Part shown: positions 6,651-11,264 of the stretch, in pieces | How the letters are laid out: every line of letters starts with the position of its first letter | Numbering within the stretch: position 1 is the stretch's first letter | DNA from: Candidatus Bathyarchaeum sp. | Lineage (GTDB): Archaea > Thermoproteota > Bathyarchaeia > Bathyarchaeales > Bathyarchaeaceae | NCBI GenBank assembly: GCA_026014495.1 | Contig: JAOZIF010000070.1 | Coordinates: 1-11,264, forward strand | Direction of reading: 5' to 3' | DNA length: 11,264 nucleotides | Notes under the pieces: generated by a model | Databases searched by the model: none | What the model saw: the letters and a program-made list of their open reading frames with translations, nothing else | What the model was told of the DNA's origin: nothing | Translations under genes and position numbers: made by a program

Positions 6651-9335
6651 ATGAAAAAAACAAAAAAATACCCAACAAAAATTACTACGATTGTTTTAAC
6701 TCTAATATTGACTATTTCTGCTATGCTAATTACCATACCAACTATTAACGCTCAAGATCAGGACACATGGAACACATTCGCTTATATCGCAGTCACTCCC
6801 GACCCTGTTGGTGTCGGTCAAAGTGTATACCTTATAATGTGGGTTTCTCCAAATCCGCCAACAGCAATAGGCGTCGCCGGTGACAGATGGCGTGACATGA
6901 CAGTAACAGTTAACACCCCTAATGGAGACGTTGAAACGCTTGGTCCATGGGACTCTGACCCAACAGGCTCGACATGGGGCATATACACGCCCACTCAAAT
7001 TGGAACATACACGTTCACGCTAGATTATCCTGGACAGGTGTTGTCATTAACTGGTCCCACAGGAATAACTGCAGACATATCTGATGTAGAACGTAGAGGA
7101 AGTGCTCATTTAGTAGGTGATACTTTTCTGGGCAGCAGTGATTCAGTAAGCATTACAGTGCAGCAAGACCCAATACAAAAAATCCCTGACTATCCGCTTC
7201 CAAGTGAATACTGGACTCGACCAATAGAAGGGCAGAACACAGCGTGGGCTGGAATTGCGTCACACTGGTTAAATGGTGCTCAGATTGGTTCATGGAATGA
7301 TCTTTGGCAAGAGGATGGTACAGCGCCTAACAGTGCTCACGTGATGTGGTCTATGCCTATTGAGTTTGGAGGAGTTGTTGGAGGAACTTCTTCATACGCG
7401 ATTCCTGCTGTTGGTTTCTATTCTGGTGGTGCATATGAAGGTCGATTCTCTGCTGCGATGATAATGTGTGGTAGGCTCTATTTCCAGTTGCCGCTCAATC
7501 ATGCTGGAGGTTCTCGTGCTAGTGGTGCAGGTTACATTTGTGTGGATTTGCGTACAGGCGAGGAGATTTGGCTTAATGAAGAACTTGGTGTTCCTTATAC
7601 TGGACTATTTTCTGGAAGTGCTAGACCAACAATAAAAGGTCAACTTTTCAATTATGAGTCGTTGAACCAGCACGGAGTTGTTGGAGGTACCATTTGGCAA
7701 GTTGCAGGCACTACATGGATTGGTTATGATGCATGGACAGGAAATTGGATTTACAATTTGACTAATGTTCCTTCAGGTTTTGAAGTTTACACTGACTATG
7801 GCGCTATAGTTCGTTATGTGCTTGACTATGATGATGACAGTAAATCTGGTTCGATTGCTTTGTGGAATAACACTCAGCATAATGTTGGATTAGAAGCAAC
7901 TGCGGGGTACGGCGCTGGAACTACTTCCGAAGATTATCAATGGAGACCTATGGGAAAGTCAGTTGACATGAGTGAAGCATATTCTTGGACTGTTTCGATA
8001 ACTGCAGATTTGACTGGAAGAGCGTCACCAAGTATTCTTAATGTTATTCCTGGCGATATGATTCTTGGAACAAGTACTAACTTCCGGGAGTTTGGTCGGC
8101 TTATTGGTACTCCAGACCCCTACACGGTGTGGGCTATTAGTGACAGAGACGACGGCACAAGAGGTCAGCTATTGTGGAAGAAGGATTATTCTGCGCCAGC
8201 AGGTGGTATTGGTCGTTTCTTCCCGTCAGGAAATCCAATTGATGAGGAGAATCGGGTGTTTCTTATGCAGGATACAGAGACGATGCAGTGGTTAGCTTAT
8301 AGTTTGGATACTGGTGATCTGGTGTGGGGTCCGGTTGGTTCTAATTTCCGTGCTTTCCAGTATTATGGTAGTGGTAGTGGTGGTGGTCAACGTGGCTTTG
8401 TTGCTTATGGTAACTTGTATGTGCAAAGTTATGGTGGAGAAATTCACTGCTATGATTGTTCTGATGGACGGTTGTTGTGGAAGTATGATAATACGAACAG
8501 TGGTGTTGAGGCTATCTGGGGCAATTATCCGATTTTCATAACTGCTATTGCTGATGGAAAGGTGTATGCTTTCAACAATGAGCACTCTCCGAACTATCCG
8601 TTGTATAAGGGTGAGCGGATGCGGTGTATCGATGCGTATACTGGAGATGAAGTGTGGACGATAATGAGCTGGGCTGGACAGATTGGTGGTGGCGGTAATC
8701 CTACAGGTATTCTTGCTGAGGGCTACTTGACGTATTACAACTATTACGACAACCAAGTGTACTGTGTAGGCAAAGGACCTAGTGAAACAACAGTTACGAT
8801 TCAGGATAATTCTGTTGCAAAAGGTGAGGGCGTGATGATTACGGGCATGGTCATTGATACTGCTTCTGGTACGCAGCAAGATGAGCAGGCTGCACGGTTC
8901 CCCAAGGGTGTTCCCGCTGTATCTGATGAAAGCATGGGTGTGTGGATGGAGTACGTGTACATGCAAAAGCCGTGTCCAGCTAATGTGAAGGGTGTTGAAG
9001 TGACGTTGGATGCAATTGATCCTAATGGCAACTTTGTGCACATTGGTAGAGTTACAAGCGATGGTTATGGTCAGTTCATGAAGATGTGGACTCCAGAGAT
9101 AGAGGGCGAATACACTGTCATTGCTACGTTTGAGGGTTCCAATTCTTATTGGCCGTCATATTCTGAGACGGCTGTAGGTGTGGGGCCAGCAGTAGCACCA
9201 ACGACTCCAATAGAGCCTGAAGAGCCAGTAACTGAGGCGCCGCTGATTTCAACGGAAGTAGCTATCATTCTTGCAGTTGTGGCAGCTTGTATCGTAGTTG
9301 TGGTAGCGTTTTGGCTAGTGAGAAGAAGGAAATAA
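6651..9335 (+). CDS. Secreted, C-terminally membrane-anchored PQQ-like beta-propeller surface protein, paralog B, 894 aa
   Basis: Signal peptide ending INA-QD. Trp-docking repeats DLRTGEEIW, DAWTGNWIY, SLDTGDLVW, DCSDGRLLW and DAYTGDEVW. Beta-rich N- and C-terminal segments (Ig-like by inference), a Pro/Glu/Thr linker, a hydrophobic helix and an RRRK tail. Confidence 0.95.
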   Translation: MKKTKKYPTKITTIVLTLILTISAMLITIPTINAQDQDTWNTFAYIAVTPDPVGVGQSVYLIMWVSPNPPTAIGVAGDRWRDMTVTVNTPNGDVETLGPWDSDPTGSTWGIYTPTQIGTYTFTLDYPGQVLSLTGPTGITADISDVERRGSAHLVGDTFLGSSDSVSITVQQDPIQKIPDYPLPSEYWTRPIEGQNTAWAGIASHWLNGAQIGSWNDLWQEDGTAPNSAHVMWSMPIEFGGVVGGTSSYAIPAVGFYSGGAYEGRFSAAMIMCGRLYFQLPLNHAGGSRASGAGYICVDLRTGEEIWLNEELGVPYTGLFSGSARPTIKGQLFNYESLNQHGVVGGTIWQVAGTTWIGYDAWTGNWIYNLTNVPSGFEVYTDYGAIVRYVLDYDDDSKSGSIALWNNTQHNVGLEATAGYGAGTTSEDYQWRPMGKSVDMSEAYSWTVSITADLTGRASPSILNVIPGDMILGTSTNFREFGRLIGTPDPYTVWAISDRDDGTRGQLLWKKDYSAPAGGIGRFFPSGNPIDEENRVFLMQDTETMQWLAYSLDTGDLVWGPVGSNFRAFQYYGSGSGGGQRGFVAYGNLYVQSYGGEIHCYDCSDGRLLWKYDNTNSGVEAIWGNYPIFITAIADGKVYAFNNEHSPNYPLYKGERMRCIDAYTGDEVWTIMSWAGQIGGGGNPTGILAEGYLTYYNYYDNQVYCVGKGPSETTVTIQDNSVAKGEGVMITGMVIDTASGTQQDEQAARFPKGVPAVSDESMGVWMEYVYMQKPCPANVKGVEVTLDAIDPNGNFVHIGRVTSDGYGQFMKMWTPEIEGEYTVIATFEGSNSYWPSYSETAVGVGPAVAPTTPIEPEEPVTEAPLISTEVAIILAVVAACIVVVVAFWLVRRRK

Positions 9336-9342
9336 TCATTCA

Positions 9343-9367
9343 TTTTCCTCCCCTTTTTTTGTGGGAG
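9343..9367 (+). terminator. Pyrimidine-rich oligo-T terminator after paralog B
   Basis: TTTTCCTCCCCTTTTTTTGTGGGAG begins 7 nt after the stop, with a T7 run inside a CTCCC/GGGAG stem. Confidence 0.6.
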
Positions 9368-9426
9368 TAAAGTATATCGAAAAAATATGGGGACTGAAAA
9401 GGCTCAAGCACGGAAAATGAAACTAG

Positions 9427-9472
9427 CTAAGAAGCAATCGTAGTGCTGTTTGGTTTCATTTTTTTACCCTCT
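9427..9472 (-). pseudogene. Possible relic 5' end of a secreted-protein gene (MKPNSTTIAS*)
   Basis: GAGGGTAAAAAAATGAAACCAAACAGCACTACGATTGC resembles the starts of paralogs A and B, then hits TAG at codon 11. The similarity is short. Confidence 0.25.
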
Positions 9473-9693
9473 TTATTCGCCCGTGCAGGAGCCTCAGCAA
9501 ACCCCAGTTTTTTTCGATTCTTGAGTTTGAGGTTTGTTGTGGGGTGCATGTTTGTGTGAATTTTTGGCGGTAAATGTGTGCTGTGCAGAATTTTTCAGAA
9601 AAAAAGTTAGTTTTCAACAATGAACTGCTATTAGGAGACTAATATGCTTAATGAATGTGTGAATAATTGTAGTTTGGAATGTGTGGGTCTGAG

Positions 9694-10347
9694 ATGAAAG
9701 GAGATAATCCAGTAGAGGTTAACAATTGGAGGTCTGCTGAACATGTGCGTAGTTATTTGTCTATTGCTGATGATAGGCCTCATGGTGAGGAAATAGTTAA
9801 GGTTTTGTTGGAGCAGGTTCCGTCAGATGTTAGTTATGTTTTGGATTTGGGTACTGGCGATGGTAGGTTGCTTGCTTTGGTGTTGCAGAAGAATCCTAAA
9901 GCGTGTGGTGTTGGTTTAGATTTTTCTGAGCCGATGCTGGAGCGTGCTAGGAAGCGTTTTGAGGACACAGATTGTATAGAAATTTTGAAGCATGACCTTA
10001 ATGAGTCACTGCCAAAGGGCAGGTGGGAGCCGTTTGATTTGGTTATTTCTGGTTTGGCTATTCATCATCTAGTTCATGGGCGCAAAAAGGAGTTGTATAC
10101 AGAAGTTTTTGGTTTGCTGCGTTCAGGTGGTGTTTTTCTTAATTTAGAGCACGTAGCTTCGCCAACAAAAGCTTTGCATCAAAAGTTTTTGGCTGCAATC
10201 GGCTTAACTCCACAAGATGATGACCCGTCAAACAAGCTGTTAGATGTGCATACTCAGCTGGAGTGGCTAAGGCAAATCGGGTACAAGGATGTTGATTGCC
10301 ATTTTAAGTGGTTAGAGATAGCGTTGTTGGGTGCAGTTAAGCCGTAA
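9694..10347 (+). CDS. Class I SAM-dependent methyltransferase, 217 aa
   Basis: Motif I VLDLGTGDG, then GLDFSEPML, FDLVISGLAIHH and LRSGGVFLNLE. Start is ATG 9694 or 9679. Substrate cannot be assigned. Confidence 0.92.
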   Translation: MKGDNPVEVNNWRSAEHVRSYLSIADDRPHGEEIVKVLLEQVPSDVSYVLDLGTGDGRLLALVLQKNPKACGVGLDFSEPMLERARKRFEDTDCIEILKHDLNESLPKGRWEPFDLVISGLAIHHLVHGRKKELYTEVFGLLRSGGVFLNLEHVASPTKALHQKFLAAIGLTPQDDDPSNKLLDVHTQLEWLRQIGYKDVDCHFKWLEIALLGAVKP

Positions 10348-10356
10348 GACTGCGTG

Positions 10357-10500
10357 TTAGGGTGTTTTGGTGATTATTTTTTTGCATTTTGGGCAGTGAA
10401 TGTGGCGAGAGGATGATTGTGAGTTGTAGCCTGAGATGTGGATGTCTTTTTTAGGTATAATATAGCCGCAGTGGGGGCATGTGTAGGTGTTTTTTGGCAT
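10357..10500 (-). CDS. 47-aa zinc-ribbon microprotein (CPHC-x24-CPKC)
   Basis: Manual translation MPKNTYTCPHCGYIIPKKDIHISGYNSQSSSRHIHCPKCKKIITKTP*. It has two CxxC knuckles, the first of CPxCG type. Below the track length cutoff. Confidence 0.8.
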   Translation of the reverse strand: MPKNTYTCPHCGYIIPKKDIHISGYNSQSSSRHIHCPKCKKIITKTP

Positions 10501-10506
10501 CTTGTT

Positions 10507-10632
10507 TTAGCCTTCGTAAAATTTTACGATACTTTGTGCTGCCTTTTCGGATATTCCATGTTTTAGTAGTTGGTTGTAAAAGTTTTTTGCTTGTTTGGCT
10601 GTGATTTTGTCGGATTTTCTGAAAAAGTGCAA
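10507..10632 (-). CDS. 41-aa hypothetical helical microprotein (TTG start)
   Basis: (M)HFFRKSDKITAKQAKNFYNQLLKHGISEKAAQSIVKFYEG* fills the gap between RHH and the zinc ribbon without overlap (17 and 6 nt gaps). G is enriched at codon position 1 and the residue pattern is amphipathic. Confidence 0.55.
   Translation of the reverse strand: MHFFRKSDKITAKQAKNFYNQLLKHGISEKAAQSIVKFYEG
10514..10529. repeat. Perfect 16-bp palindrome TCGTAAAATTTTACGA
   Basis: Read directly from the sequence. It lies in the 3' end of the 41-aa ORF, 14 nt upstream of the zinc-ribbon ATG. Confidence 0.7.
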
Positions 10633-10649
10633 TGTTTGTCATTTCTCCT

Positions 10650-10814
10650 TTAGGGTGCGGTTTCGCCTATGTCGATTAGTTTGGTTCGGACTGCTTCTGC
10701 GACAAACTCGGTTACGCTTCTATAGCCCAAATCACTTCTGTTTTGGATTAACGCTCTTATTTTCTTATACAACCCAGACGGAACATTCACCGAATCATAG
10801 CCCTTAACTGGCAT
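10650..10814 (-). CDS. Ribbon-helix-helix (CopG/Arc/MetJ-like) DNA-binding protein, 54 aa
   Basis: MPVKGYDSVNVPSGLYKKIRALIQNRSDLGYRSVTEFVAEAVRTKLIDIGETAP* shows an alternating beta strand (DSVNVP), helix A, a GYRS turn and helix B (SVTEFVAEAVR). Preceded by GGGGGC. Below the track cutoff. Confidence 0.85.
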   Translation of the reverse strand: MPVKGYDSVNVPSGLYKKIRALIQNRSDLGYRSVTEFVAEAVRTKLIDIGETAP

Positions 10815-10844
10815 CTTTTTGCCCCCTTTAATCTTTTAATGGAT

Positions 10845-10871
10845 AAGATGGTTTATATTCTTTTCCATCTT
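10845..10871. promoter_or_regulatory. Inverted repeat AAGATGG-N13-CCATCTT enclosing a TATA-like TTTATAT in the RHH/AbrB divergent gap
   Basis: Arms at 10845-10851 and 10865-10871. A direct repeat ATCTTTTAAT is at 10831-10840 and 10867-10876. Confidence 0.5.
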
Positions 10872-10925
10872 TTAATTCCAAATCTTCAAAAAAAGAAAAA
10901 CATTCAATATCATAAGGGCACAACA

Positions 10926-11075
10926 ATGTCAGAGCGAATCATACAAATAAGCAAAATCACATCCAACCGACAAGTCACAATCCCAGCAGAAATAATGAAA
11001 AAACTAAACCTCAAAGCAGGCGACAAAACACTCTGGATAGAACAGAACGACAAAATAATAATACGAAAAGCCTAA
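10926..11075 (+). CDS. AbrB/MazE/SpoVT-family DNA-binding protein, 49 aa (copy 1)
   Basis: MSERIIQISKITSNRQVTIPAEIMKKLNLKAGDKTLWIEQNDKIIIRKA* has the QVTIP-xE-x4-L-x3-GD pattern. ATG 10926 is preferred over the track start at 10839 because copy 2 aligns from this Met. Confidence 0.9.
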   Translation: MSERIIQISKITSNRQVTIPAEIMKKLNLKAGDKTLWIEQNDKIIIRKA

Positions 11076-11129
11076 TGAACAACAAATTATTCATACACGA
11101 TTCTTCAAAATATCATTAGATGTTTAAGC

Positions 11130-11264
11130 ATGTCAAACCAAATCATCCAAATAAGCAAAATAACATCCAACCGACAAGTCACAATCCCCAAAGAAATCAT
11201 GAAACGCCTAAAACTAAAAACAGGCGACAAAATAGTATGGATACAACAAAACAACAACATCACA
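11130..11264 (+). CDS. AbrB/MazE/SpoVT-family DNA-binding protein (copy 2), truncated by the window edge
   Basis: MSNQIIQISKITSNRQVTIPKEIMKRLKLKTGDKIVWIQQNNNIT... matches copy 1 at 33 of 45 residues. Confidence 0.9.
   Translation, partial: MSNQIIQISKITSNRQVTIPKEIMKRLKLKTGDKIVWIQQNNNIT

Noticed and set aside
8367-8387. GGT/AGT triplet run as a phase-variable microsatellite
   Set aside because: It is an in-frame Gly/Ser linker (GSGSGGG) with a counterpart in paralog A (GSGGG). It is short and imperfect.
8292-9043. 249-aa and 80-aa antisense ORFs within gene B
   Set aside because: Same skew-driven shadow effect, with no protein-family features.
1-9335. Diversity-generating retroelement acting on the propeller paralogs
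   Set aside because: No reverse transcriptase or near-identical template/variable repeat pair is present, and the differences are not adenine-specific.
9427-9429. Amber read-through (pyrrolysine) in the relic ORF
   Set aside because: No pyl genes are in the window and read-through would give only 39 aa.
9387-9443. 18-aa basic ORF MGTEKAQARKMKLAKKQS
   Set aside because: It is too short to support, I recognise no match to small ribosomal proteins, and it has no clear initiation signal.
10451-10642. 63-aa track ORF on the minus strand
   Set aside because: It overlaps the better-supported zinc-ribbon ORF by 50 nt and places G mostly at codon position 2. The 41-aa and 47-aa ORFs tile the region cleanly.
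10839-10925. 29-aa N-terminal extension of AbrB copy 1
   Set aside because: It covers the divergent promoter, and copy 2 aligns from Met 10926.
1-11264. CRISPR array, tRNA, rRNA, transposase or integrase
   Set aside because: No regularly spaced repeats, cloverleaf, rRNA-like sequence or recombinase motif was seen by eye. tRNAscan-SE and Infernal scans would be needed to exclude small RNAs.

Overview
Archaeal chromosomal segment, most likely from a TACK lineage such as Bathyarchaeia. This is inferred from ribosomal protein eS30, a TrmB regulator and secreted PQQ-like beta-propeller paralogs; no database search was possible. Two paralogous secreted beta-propeller genes point away from each other: A (<1..2251, minus strand, absent from the ORF track because it runs off the window) and B (6651..9335). 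Between them lie rps30e, a sugar-phosphate nucleotidyltransferase, an iron-sulfur flavoprotein-like gene, a small Cys-motif protein, an EEP (DNase I-like) hydrolase and a TrmB regulator. The TrmB gene is divergent from paralog B across a candidate operator. To the right are a SAM methyltransferase and a cluster of five micro-ORFs. Three are on the minus strand and missing from the ORF track (an RHH protein, a 41-aa ORF and a 47-aa zinc ribbon); they face away from two tandem AbrB-domain genes. The DNA also shows sharp kb-scale switches between G/T-rich and A/C-rich strand composition, two of them inside genes. No rRNA, tRNA, CRISPR array, integrase or transposase was recognised.
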